From assembly GCA_049724395.1 (NCBI GenBank), contig JAUGWO010000020.1, forward strand, positions 62,001 through 126,000: a stretch of 64,000 nt of DNA, in the 5' to 3' direction. Both the position numbers and the translations under genes were made by a program. Source of the stretch: Spongospora subterranea f. sp. subterranea (Eukaryota). Under the pieces are notes generated by a model. That model was not told the origin of the DNA and searched no databases. It was given only the letters and a program-made list of their open reading frames with translations. Of the stretch, positions 1 to 12,646 are shown in pieces. The stretch's first letter is position 1; every line of letters begins with the position of its first letter.

Positions 1-3000
1 TCCTTATACTTACAAGTTTGAAAGTGTTGAAAACTCGATTGCCGAGACTAATTTCGCTTATAATGGGCAAACTTTGTGACAAAGATCAGCGAGAACGTGA
101 TTCCGCCAGAAGCACTCTATGTGAAATTTCAGTGACTCTTGGCTCTTACTATCTCCCTTTCATTATCAACGAGATGAGGCATTTTCTTAAGTGCGAGTTT
201 TGGAAGCTTCTTCTTTGGTACATGTTCACAGTTTTTCAGGGATGGTTTTAGGGTGCACATCATGGGGTTCACTCTCCATTCGTTACTAAACAAACTGGTA
301 TCGGCGAACGAAGCAGGTACGGGCTCCAGCGGTTGCTCAAAACATCGAGGGAGTAAATTTTATTGATGACAGGCGTGCTTGATTCTTCTCTCACCCTGGT
401 GTTACCAATCGTGGTTGGTGATCTCTTTGTTCCCACGATCGATAAACCGAAAGAAACACGGGAAGCGAAGCGACCTCAATCCTTATCCACAGTTGAGATT
501 ATCGCCAGTAACGTTACCTTCAATCATCACAACCTCAACGAGATCGTAGATGCTATCAAAGCGTAACAGTCGACTGCATGCTGTCTGTTCTTTATTTTGA
601 CTTCGGAAAATAGGAGACTGGATGAAGATCCTTCTGTTGGAAATCGGGAAACGATGCGCCATGCAATGTTTCGTCTACAAGCAGGCCTGAGAAAGAATTC
701 AACTGTTACACTTAAAGGCGTGTTCGTCTGCGTGTACGGGTTAATTCAAAAAAACCTTCCTAAACCAGTGGAGCCACAGGAAGAAAAGGTGGGTGTCATC
801 CAGCTAAATGTATGCTAGTTGATCATTAACCCACTGGGTTAGGTTAACGTGTTACTTGAACGAAAAACCACTGCAGATGAACATGTCTCAGTACCCAAAA
901 CACCAATGCGTGACTTGAAACTACGCCAAAATAAGAGCAAATCGTCTTCTAGTGATGTTATGTTGACGTTTGCATTGCATTTGTTTGAGCAAACACTGTC
1001 TGATTATTTAAACTCTTCGCGAAACCGCGGCAATACGATCAATATCAACGATGCTAATGCCGAAAATATTGTTGCCGAAGATTATTTTTCTGGCGATAAC
1101 AAAGAACTTGAATCGATAAGGTCATTATGCGATCCTTTTCTCGCGACTTTACATCAATGCGCATCTCAAAGTTGTTCCCCGGATGTGATATCTATATCCG
1201 TCAAAGCGTTTTGTGCTTTGCTTCAGGTTCCCAGCGGTGTCCCTTCGTTACAACTCTTTGCCCCCCAGTTCGTCGCAATCATGATTGAAGGAGCGCAAAA
1301 TAGTAAGATAGTCCTTGGCGGAAAAGAAAGGTTGTTCAACGTCTTGTACAGGCTCGTCAGAGCACGCGTCTATATGTTTACGAGGTCTGACTGCACTGCT
1401 TCGGCGTTGTGATGCATACGAAATGACGGAGGCACACTTGCTTATATTGTTGGAACTTGTTAAAACCCGAATTGAAGATGTCGCTAGCGCGTCAGGTGGC
1501 TTAGCTTTGCTAAAATCCATCTTGTGTCGCCGGCTGCTATCTTCGGGGCTCTATGATCTAATGGAACGTGTCGTTACCTTAGTAGTAGAGGTCGACGACC
1601 CCGTTGTTAAACGCCACGCTCACCAGAGCCTGATACAGGTATAGCTTCTTAATGTTCCCTAATCAACTCGCTTCTCATATCCCCATCAGTATCTACTCGA
1701 TTATCCCCTGTCACCTAAGCGAATTGAGCAGCATCTTCGCACGTTCATTACCAATCTCTCATCTTATCAGCATCCTCATGGGCGAATGGGTTAGTTAGCA
1801 CCAGCAATCTGTCGAATTGCTTTTTACTAAATGCTGTTAACCATAGCATGCGTGCGAATGTTGTCTTTATGCGTATCCAAGTTTCCAGCGTGTACTTTGG
1901 ACCGTTATGCCTCGTTGATTTTTATGCCCCTCGTCACTCGGCTTGTGAACGAGATTTCTCGTCCGTGCCGCGACCAGGTCACGGCTCTCATTTCTCTCCT
2001 TCTCTCTAAGGTTTCCCCAGGTATTGCTTCCGACACAATGTGGTCTGTCAATGTTTGACTTTCCCAACAGCGGTGCTTTCGGAGTTGTTGTCGTTTGTTA
2101 GTATGTGGTGGAACAGTGGCAACACCCAGCTGCAATGTGCTGCGTCGGAGTTGGCTTCATTGTCTTACTCCTTCTCTAGTAGTGAGCTCATGTCTGAATG
2201 GATCGGATATGCACACTCGACTTTGGAAAGCGCGTCTGAGAAGCTGAATGCGGCAATCTGCAGCCCTGACGGTATCGCGGATGCGTCCCTTGGTGTTGAA
2301 TCCCCAACTCTGTTAGTAGTTTAGAGATATTATTTCTCCTTGCAACTAACGTCCCCTCTTTTGATGATAGGATCAATTCTTTACGTTTGATTGATCTTTC
2401 CCTACCAAACGAAATTTCTATATCCTGCCTTCCCACGGTCCTCGACCTTGTCCTTTATCCTCATAATTCCGTTCGTCTTCAAATTAACAAGATGTTTGCG
2501 GGCGGCCATGTACCAACTCCCATTGCTCCGTGGGCTGATGCGTTTCTGGCTCATTTCTTTTCTGGTTAATGGCCTTGACGCTTTGCGAAATGTTCTTACT
2601 CAATTGTCTTTTAGATTGTGCCGACGAGCGCCTTTTGAAAGCATCTGCTTCTAATTTAAGAACGTTAGTCTCCTCGCTAAGCGCCTTAAAGGGCGAAAGC
2701 GAAGTATGTGCATATCCAAAATGTCTTACCAGCACTAACTCCCATCATCAGGTTGTTGAACGTGTTTTTCATCGAATTTCGTCACGAATTCGCCGTTCTA
2801 CAGTAATGCATACCATTGGTATTTGCGTGCAATGGCTTGCAGAGGTAGTTGATTCTGCTGATGTCACGATATTGAAAAAGTTTGCCCATGTGATCATCGC
2901 TCCTCGTCTTCGCCGATTGCAAAAACGCCGAAACACCCATTTCAAAACATCGCAGAAGCGCTTCTGAACACGCTTTCTCACAAAATCGGATTAGACCTCT

Positions 3001-3306
3001 TTATCAAGGTAAAGTTTAGTTTACATGTGACACTCAGTGTATTTCTCACATCTTGTAATTCAGGTTAGCACGGAAGCAGCTCGATTCGCTGCTGAAAAGC
3101 GGGATAAACGAAAGACTGCCCGAGCTCGAGAAGCCGTAATAGATCCAGCGTCGGCTGCAACGCGCAAGCAAAAGCGAGGCGTGGCTAAGAAGAGGCAACG
3201 AGAAAAGGCAATGACAACACGCAAAGAGAAACGTCAAGGAATACCACAGCGAAAACACACGTCTTTTGCAAAGAAGAGGAAAACGATTGCCACCGTCACG
3301 CTTTGA
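1..3306 (+). CDS. UTP20: U3 snoRNP / SSU processome component UTP20 (DRIM), 3' part, multi-exon, 5' end outside window
   Basis: Helical HEAT-like exons (RDSARSTLCEISVTLGSYYLPFIINEM; DYPLSPKRIEQHL; LIFMPLVTRLVNE) and the typical basic C-terminus KRDKRKTARAREAVIDPASAATRKQKR. Short GT-AG introns, e.g. 1303-1351. Confidence 0.85.
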
Positions 3307-3399
3307 TTTCACTTCATCTATCTGTATTAATATAAAGAATATTGAAATAAGGTTTGCACATGATTTCAATTCTGTTTACAGGGTTGCACATGCTTCAAT

Positions 3400-4330
3400 C
3401 ATGATATTTTTGTCAAAGTCAGGCCTTTGCTGCTATTTGTGAAGCTATACGACGGCCAGACAATATGAAGTACCAGCTTGTAACTTTTACCTTCTTCGAA
3501 AATAACCACTCTTAATTCAATACTCCATCACCTTCGAATCACTAATTTAGTTACGACCTCAAATCCCCGATTCACCCTTGAATCTATGGAATCTGATCGT
3601 TTCCAACACTCCATCAAGCAAGACGGGATTACAAGCATTTTCTCATGTGCTCCGTCACCGACTGCGCCATAAACAGTCTCGCTTCGGTTTTAATCCATGA
3701 TCTTGTTGAATAACATCAAACTCCTCCTTGCTGGGAAATTTCTCATGGCAGATACTCTGCCATGCTGTTTGCATTTTGCGCTTTCTCAGCGACCTCCTTT
3801 CGCGATGATTTGCAATTCATCGCGATGTAATCAATTTCCCCGCATAAAAAAGCATTTTCTGATTTCGCTCTGTATGAATCTTCGACTTTATCTCGAGAGT
3901 CATTGTAATGTCGAGATAAAATTGCAGAAACCATTGATACCTGTTTTCTCTGACCTTCTCGCAAAGTCAGATTGATCTCGTTGAAGGCAAATTTCAGCAC
4001 AAAGGCATAAGCTATATATTTTCTATGTAAAGCCGTCCAGAGTGGTACCCGTCTGTCTGTTCGTGTAAAGCGAGTACAACCCAATACCCCAGCCGTAGCT
4101 GTATCATGGACGAGAGCGTTTGCTGAGGACTTTCAAGCCATCTTGCAACAATTCACTACAAGAAATTCTCAAAACTGATCACCTCGGCCGGGCAGTCCGG
4201 GAACCACCCTTGAGGATTTCTATTGATGAATTGTTGCAAAATGCATGACGGTCCTCAGAAACCCTCCTTTCAACAAACTTCGGTGAAATCCGTGCACTTG
4301 TTAACGATTCTTTAACAGCAACAACTGATC
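3400..4330 (-). mobile_element. Highly degenerate non-LTR (LINE-like) retrotransposon ORF2 relic
   Basis: Minus-strand fragments across frameshifts and stops (PSKEEF; AVGDGAHEKML..LMECWK; QIP; RRIASQIAAK; LTKI) follow the order of the LINE RT N-terminal motifs K-A-P-G-P-D-G / IP / RPIxL / KI. The match is weak. Confidence 0.3.
4114..4267. repeat. Imperfect inverted repeat, arms ~4114-4172 and ~4210-4267
   Basis: Left arm gagcgtttgctgaggactttcaagccatcttgcaacaattcactacaagaaattctcaa aligns to the reverse complement of the right arm, gagggtttctgaggaccgtcatgcattttgcaacaattcatcaatagaaatcctcaa. Confidence 0.8.
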
Positions 4331-4699
4331 CGCAACGAATCAAACCAATACCAGAATGATTTTATTTCAAAAGGAATGAGCTGATGGATCTCATTTGTGT
4401 ATCGTTGCACGAACGAGAGTCATGCTGAATATATGTTTCTAGAGTCATCACAATAGCACGTGTAACTTGCTAGGTCGTTGTAACATCATGCCTAGTCAAA
4501 TGTGCTGAGTCACGAACGATCACGAGCACGCAATGATCGAGGCCGACTATCGCTCGTGTAAACACTGTTTTAAGACCAAAAAGAAGAGGTCGTTTAGAAG
4601 AATTTCAATGAACGGTGGGGGAACCGGAGATATTACCTGTGGAAACTAAAGAGGATCGGTGAAGCGATCAGCACTCCTCTTAAAAAAAAACTGGAAAAT

Positions 4700-5880
4700 G
4701 AAGAACAATACGATTCCGCAAGCTGTGGAGCATCTTCTTTTCAATGGGGGGACGAGGCTCCCAAGTGGCATCGGATAAATGGAACGACGCCAATGAATAA
4801 GAAATTCAGCGTCAACCAATTCCGGACTGATACGATGAGCGATAATGGCCTCTTAGATGTACTCAGTAAATACCAGGTTTGGAACAATTCGATCTTTACG
4901 TCGAAATTTGTTATTCATCAAGCTCCAAGATCTTCTAACGGCGATTGCTGTCTCGTAGCCACCAATATCTTGAAAGTGCCACTTGTAGGTTTCCGTACGA
5001 TATTTGAGCCGTAAAGCATAACAATCCATCACGGAACCTGTAATGAGGTCACGAATTGTGAAAATGAGGTTGAACATCGTCGTTTTAGTAACTCGGACCA
5101 ATCAAGTTGCACGATACTTTTACGGTAAAACGCCTGACACTGATGGCTACAAGACAGTAATCGTCGTTGGAAAAATTCGAAGCTTTGGCGAATGACAGGT
5201 TTCGACGTCGAGATTGAATTTGGGCTCAAAACGACGTCGAGAGCATAACGGGGAATATTGCCCAACAATATTAAAAGGTCGTAGTGGGCTGAAAAATTGA
5301 TTCAGCGCTTGCAAAAATTGAATCCACATGGCCAGACGGTCGATGACGGACAAACTCTGAGAAGTGTGGAGTAGCGAATTTGATTCTGGGGCGAATTTTG
5401 TCGTTAAGCGCCATGTTGACCAAATGGAGGATACTTGCCAGTTTCGTTTACGACCGTCTTGGTCCGAGACATGTGAGAAAATGATTCCAAATCTTTGTCC
5501 CAGCAGTGCATTGACTACAATCTGGTGATCCCCCTTGTGACACGGGATCCAGCTCCATGTACTACTCAAATAATTCTTCAACACCAGAAAATATTGGAAT
5601 GTGTATCAGCACGTTGTAGTGTTTTTCATATCAAAAGATAGTCCTAGTGAATTGCCTTGTTGGGGTTTCCGCATGAATGACGTTGCCATAAGGTCGTGGA
5701 ATAATTTGCCATTTGACTTAGCGGCACTGTGGACAGTTACTGACACATTCGTTCATGATACCGAGCTTATCAGCGCACCAGAATAGCCGAAATCGCTGCG
5801 GATGTGGCGTCGAAAACCATTGCCGTTGCTGGGCCCATAACTTGTTAGGATTAATGGCATCATTAATTTGCAAAACAGCA
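4700..5880 (-). mobile_element. Degenerate Ty3/Gypsy integrase with C-terminal chromodomain (pseudogene)
   Basis: Minus-strand pieces in order: zinc-finger remnant FW..ECVSNCPQCR..IIPRPYG; core LVLKNYLSS..IPC.KGDHQIVVNALL.QRFG..HVSDQ; GPY/F-region IRDLITGSVMDCYALRLKY; chromodomain FLIHWR..SDATWEP..DAPQL. Many stops and frameshifts. Confidence 0.8.
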
Positions 5881-6758
5881 CCACAGCTTCATCTGTTATT
5901 TATGTGTTGTTGGTTTTATTGCGTAGAGTAAAAAATGTGGAATATAAATCACCATCGATATGGTCGGGACAATTGGCCCTCATGGTCGGCATTGGATTCT
6001 CCATCCTGTAGAACGTCGTTGAAGTAATCGGGTTCATCACCTTCGGCCCCCATATCGCTGCATGATTCATCCGGGTCGCCATACTCAGTCTTATCGCCCT
6101 CCCCATCCAGCATGCGCTGTTCGGCCCCGTCGATACTGCTAGCGTACTCCACATCGTCAATCAGCTCTTCGTCCTCCTCCTCGTTCTCTGGCGCTAACAC
6201 CCCGACGATGCCCACCTTTCTCTTGATGGGTATGGTCTTTCTGGGCAGCCGTGGCCCTGGTATATGAGGGCAGCCATGCTTTCGGTGTCGCCAGAATGTA
6301 ACGCGATGTATAGGGATCCCATTACATATGTAAAGTCTACGAGTAATCAATAACATTAGCTGACTGATCGTATCGTTATTTTAAATTGATATTCGTTTAA
6401 GAACCGTTATATCTAATGAATTCGTTTGAACGTGGTTTCAGGAATCTGTCTGGATCTACCTGTCCTTGTATGGTTTGAGTTTCGGGACCTGGGTGTCCTG
6501 CCCTCGGCAGATGACCGTCTCCACTTGAGATTGGGCACCGGTGCCGGGCCATTGCTCGAAATTATCATCGCTGAACTGCGACTTCATCAAGCCCTATGGA
6601 ACCGCAATAATTGTGCTGATTAGCGATATCGTACCGATTTTCGTACCGGTCACAGCATCAAATAATACCCGCTGCAACTGGCAACTGTATTATACCCTCT
6701 CGTGAATTCTTGGAAACACAACGGTGGGACTCAGAGAAACCTGTTTCGCATCTGTTTG

Positions 6759-9700
6759 ATGATTGGTGGCACGCCTCCGATTATGATAGGATTGGACTCC
6801 AATTCTGATGAAGGGTCCACCATCAGCCGGTTTGCGACGTCACATGTGCAATATCGTGACTTGATTGGCAGTTTAGTTTATCAAAAGCCATCGAAACTTT
6901 GCGAGCAGCGCTGTTCGGAGTAATTTACGTCATGTCAAAAGAAACGTCGTCTTCAAGCCTCATCATCGTCTCGGGCGCTTTCATGCAGTTTTTTCAGGTT
7001 CTTGGCTTCGCGTTCAACAAGGATCGTGACTTCCCTTTGCACAACATGGCCTCAAATTTTCTTTTGAACAGTTTGTCTTACTCAACATTGGCTGGGTGGA
7101 AGCAATCCTCTGCACCGGTGAGTTGTTGACGGCTCTAGGGTTGATAAGTTCTGACGCATATATCAGACCAAGGGCGGGGTGATTTTCGCCATGGCCATGG
7201 CCACGGTTATCATTGTTCTGGCATGTGCCGTTTATGTCGGATACTCGTTCGTCCAGAACTCTTTCAAATACATGTTCCCTTTGAAAATTCTGCGACAGTT
7301 CGCTATTTTGATAACGTCTATCGGGTTTATCCCAATCGCGACGGTTTTCATCCAGAACATCCGATGCGACATTGATGATACTTCTCCTTGTTATAACGGC
7401 ACTGACATCGCCGCCTTTGTCACTATGCTCCCCATTGCATTTCTCTTTGTAGTTTTCTGTTTCATCATACAAGTCTGTTATTCATTTGCCATGATGCGCC
7501 GAGCGGATCCTGACTATTTGTATAGGTCACGTATTTTGAGGATGATCCTCGAAAACCTTCAGTAATGGGGCGATGCCATTCTCGTGCAGAAGTCGTCCAA
7601 TTAGTGATGCGCTTTCTTTTGACAGCATTTTGGGAACTGTTGCCGGCTCCAACCTACAACCTTTTCGTGATTATGTCGATGACTCTATTGACGTTTGTAT
7701 GTGCTTTCATTTACACGTGGTATATGCCTTTCTATCGGCAAGACATTTGCGAGATTAAATCCACTCTGGCGTGGATACAATGCTGGGGCGCCATCGTTGT
7801 CACGGTTGCTGTGGTCAACGATGACCGTTCAGACCCTGCACCAATGATTGCATTTTACATCGGAATCCCAGTAGTCATCTTGTCTTCTAACCTTTTGCTT
7901 AAGACGCGGAAACTCTGGATCAGGTTTGACAGTTTGTCTGATTGTTACCAAGGTGTAATTTCTTTTCAGGGAGACTCCAGTACAATACCTCGGGTCTCCA
8001 TTCGAGGTGCAAATGAAAGTCCATTTATTGATGCTGGAAGTCGCCGACGCATGGATGGACAACGGTAAATCTGGGGTTGTTAACAATTCTGATTTTGAAA
8101 GAGTATTGTGCTGATCACATTCAACATATCGTATTCTGACCGTATTTAGGCGTCGACTTTGGGCGAAGAAGCCTATTTAGAAGGGATCAGAAAATTCAGC
8201 AACAGCTCGATGATGTTCTTATTTCGCGGCCAATTCTATCTCACAGTTCTTGGGCATGCTCATGTCGGAATGAACTCTCTAACTAAAGCAGCAGAACGTT
8301 CACCCCAGCTGGATGAGCAGTTCTTGATCTACCGTCGCCGGAAGAAAAGAAGTGAAGAAAGTACTGGCACTAGTGGCAACGATATTATCAACAGCATTGC
8401 GTATGATCAGTATCTCAAAGACGCCATCAGTAATGACTGGAACGCAGCGATGGCGCAAGTTAGATTCTGGGAAGGAATAGGATCATCAGCTAGCAACATT
8501 GAAGACCTTTACGAACTAGCTGCTCAAGTATCCAAGTTTATGGATCACGCTGAGCAGAACTACACTAAAGTTGTGACAATGTCACAAAGGTAGTGCAGTG
8601 TCGTATGCGGCCCAAAATGAAGCTGAAATCGGTGACAATCGCAACAGGTCTGCGGCAGCTTTAAGAGTTTATGCGGGCTTTCTTCACGATATCCTAGACG
8701 AAAAGGCTCGCGCTCTCACAATTTTTAATCAGGCAGAAGAACAAGATACGCACGCTAACAAGCGTGCCACAGCTTGTTCGCCGGCGGGCGATACTGGTGA
8801 TCGAAATTGCATCGTGGTCGTGTCCGTCGAAGATAAATCGTTTGGCATAATGACCAAGGTTTATTACAAGCAAATTTTCCATCGTGTACCAATGAAGCTT
8901 TGTATGTTAGGTTAACGACGAGCTCTGCCGAGTGCTAGGTTACAATCGCCGGGATTTGATTGGTAAGCATGTCGATATGCTAGTGGTAAAGCCATGGGCC
9001 GCTACACACCACAATATGATTCAGGTGCGGTGTGCCGCTCATTTCAGATTACTCACTTTATCTTTCCCATTTTTTGATCAACAGCAATTCCTGGACTCTG
9101 GCAACATGACACTTACTCGAACTGTTCGACGAGGTTTTGGCCGGCATTGTGATGGGACTATCGTTGCCGGACGCTTGATTCTTCAAGAAGTCACTGAGGA
9201 TGATGAAATGATGGTTTTTATCTGCATTGATGACCCTTGGTTAACCTGACCCCATTTCAGGAGTTCATGGCGATATTCAACGAATTTGAGGAAGAGTCAG
9301 GAAATGATGCAAGCTATATAATCAATCGTGTCTGCGGAAGGTATGTTTCATTAAAAATTGAGTCCAATCTAACCTATCAATATTGCAACAGTGGTGAAGT
9401 GATTGAATACTCGAGAAACTGTCGCTTTCTTTTTTTCAATCCAGAGACACGGGCGAATTCAACGGACATTTATTCCTGGATTCCATTCTACGATGAGCTA
9501 AAAGCATCTCCCACTCCCTGTATGCAACGTATGCAACCGGCTTCAATTCAGGACGATCACCAGGTTCCTCAATGGAACGCCAAAGGAGATTTTTTAATCG
9601 AGATTACCACTGAGTTGCGGGAATACGAAGGCCAATGGTTTGACGTGATCAAGGCCGTTAGCCCAAAGTCGTTGCGCTTCAGGACGTTGGCAGGTCGTAT

Positions 9701-12391
9701 CTGCCATATCCTTGACAACTGTCAAGAAGGCCTTCCATCGCGCCATGAATCCGAGGTGGAAACGCTCTGCGCAGCTTTGTGTGACCTTCCTGATACCGAA
9801 CGTGCAATGGTCAACGAAATGTCATCAGAATTGCTGGCGGGAAAACCTGCTGCTCAAAAAGTCCTCAATGTGAGCGTCGTGCTTTATATTTGTCGGTTCA
9901 TCTGATTTTATTTAGGCAATGATGGAAAATGCGGGACTCGCTGGCTCTGTAGATAAAGAGTCTGAAGTCGGCACAGCAAATGTTGCTCCTGACGTTGATG
10001 ACAATGATAATGATGCATATGGCGTTAGCACCGTTGAAGCAGCTTCTTCATTGCGAGCGACGCAGATGCGACAAAGTGTATGGAGGAGTCGTCGACCAGT
10101 TCAGGTAGTTGCAGGTTTATGGTACACTCGTTAATTTTCACAACCTACAGTAGCCATCGTACACACATATTACTGACGATGGCAGTTTCGAGCTATCCAC
10201 GTATTTAAGAGATCCCCGAATGGCGGTTGATAAGTTGAAGTTGGCACCTCGGTTGACTTACATTCGTCGATTGTTTTGTGTTTCGCTCCTAATTTCCTTG
10301 ATCGTTGTAGTGGGTATGTACGGTAAATTATTTCTCTCTGCCTCAATTAACTGAGTTTGTCAAGGCTCTTTCATAATAGTTAACAATATGCTGATCACGT
10401 ATCAAAACACTTCCGGAATGGTATTGTTGGCCAGTGCGCGAACTTTGGACGCAGTCTCTATTCTGTTTGCAACTCGATGGCTTGTAACTATAAACATGGG
10501 GATCGATGTGCCTTCAAATGAAGATCACGCAAAACAGGTTTGACACAGATTGCGCTTTTCGCTGGTATTTACAAATTAATGTAGATACTCTTTTCGTCCT
10601 GTCAAAATCTCAAGTCATTTAGCCAGCAAATGCGCGATCACATGAGCTACTTTAGCAATACATTTGTCAGTTCGGAGCAGATTAGTTCAGTAGATCTTGT
10701 GATGGATGACGGAAATGCGTTGAATACTTATATCGAAAAAATTTCGCCATTATCAGCAGCTGCCAGGTTAGCCGATGCCGCATATCAAGTATCGAGAATG
10801 CCTCTGCACCTGATCGGCCTGAATACTTCTCAAGTCAGATTTATTTTGAATATCGACCGCGGCAACCTCATTCCACATCTAAACAGTTCAGTTTACCTAT
10901 GGACCGATGAAATATCAGCCAATCTACACCAGTATCATCTGGTAACCTACACATGAGGGCCAATATTTCTTTCATGGCTGACCCCTCAATGGTTTAGATG
11001 GCAGCTATTGGATCTCTTTTAACATTGGCGGTATTGTTATGCCTTGTCAGCCTGTTCGTTATCCCAGGAATGAGAGTCGTCATACGGGGTCAGTTCAAAG
11101 GCCTTCTTATTTTCACTCAAGTGCCGCCGTTAGAGATTGAATGCCTTCGCCGGCGTTGCTTCAAACGCCTAAAATATCTGAAATTTGCCAAATCGGATCT
11201 GTTTGCCATGAGTGAAGGAGATGAAGCTGATTTCGTCTGTGAGGACGACATCAGCCCTCAAAATCTGCAGGTTTTGTAAACATTCAATTAGCATTGAAGT
11301 CACAAGCTGAAACCATGATAGGAAGATGGTGGCAGACAAAAAACACTGGCGACGCAGAAAAGGACAGCGATTATTGGCTGGAAAATGTTTTTCAAGCTGG
11401 TTGCAATTGTCGTCATCGTCGCACTTTTTATCGCCACCGTCTTCTTCGCTATTGGACAAGGAACGATTATCTACCATATGGCTGACGGTATTTCCGTCTC
11501 GACCTGGTCTCAATATCGACGCATGAAGATTCGTGAAGCGTTGTTCTCCCTACATTCATGGACAGCTCCCTTGAACGGTACTGGTGCGCGACTTGACGGT
11601 GCACAATACCGTGAGGCAATAGAAAAGCTGGACGAGTTGGACTTTGTTGAACAAGGTCCTTGATTGAGGGAAACTGTTGGGCCTTTTTTGACTGCGGTTT
11701 TCGTTTCCTCTCAGGTTTGACATATGGTTCCAATGTCATGTCTGTCCCTGGAGTTCTATCTATGGCCGTTTTTTCTGATCCATATCCCACATTGATATTC
11801 CGCAACGGGTGTGACCCGAATTCCGCCGTTGATATTGCCCAATGTCGCACGATCAGTGAAGGTCTGATGAACAACGGCGTACACGTAGCCATCACCGAAT
11901 ATTCCAGTAAAGTAAGAGACGTTTTACTTTTCAGCCCGTTGGTCACCCAGAATTGTCTGGTTTCAGGTCCGAAGTCAGATTGCTTTGATTTACGACGGAG
12001 CCATGGACAGCAATTTGACGGCCCGATTTCAAGCAGGATCCGTGCAACTACTTCGAAATCTTGAAAACAGTTTCATTCAGTCTGCACTAGTGTTCGACAT
12101 CATGCTATGTAGAAAGAAGTTGGATTCCGAGATCAACGAGTACATCATCCTCGATTTTCTGAATTCACAAAGCTAATCAAATATGCCATTAGTTTTCAAT
12201 CTCGGTATCTGGCAATAACGCTGACATTCGCAGCAGCATTGTTGTTATTGGTGGTGTTTGTTTATGAGCCGATGGTGCGGGATTTAGATCTGCAAGCCAA
12301 GCATATGAGGACGATGCTGCTATGCATTCCGGATCGGGTATTGAAGCAGATACCATCTCTTGAAGAAGTGCTAGATTTAAACAATAGTTAA
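6759..12391 (+). CDS. TmcB/TmcC-like (tiny macrocysts) PAS-domain multi-pass membrane protein, multi-exon
   Basis: N-terminal TM bundle (LFGVIYVMSKE, GRCHSRAE), TPR-like helical region (YLEGIRKF..FRGQFYL), PAS domain (LGYNRRDLIGKHVDMLVVKPWAATHH), further TM blocks, and the typical end YEPMVRDLDLQAKHMRTMLLCIPD; stop at 12389-12391. Confidence 0.8.
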
Positions 12392-12646
12392 TATAAAACC
12401 CAAATATTACTCCACGTGAACTCTTCGCGACAAGATGTGCAATTCTGTTGTTATCGGTATTTTGGACCAAACTTTGATCATGGAGCCCCCAAGAGAAATT
12501 CTCGCGCCAATTGCCAATTCCAGATTCGTTCGCGTGCCAGTTTTCGTACCGGATTTTAATGGATTATTAAGGTTATCGTAATAGTTCTCGACGATTGAGG
12601 AACGGTCCTCTCGATGAGGATCTACCAATTCACACGGCTGGATACG

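Noticed and set aside
1303..1351. Apparent frameshift in UTP20
   Set aside because: Explained by a gtaag..tacag intron.
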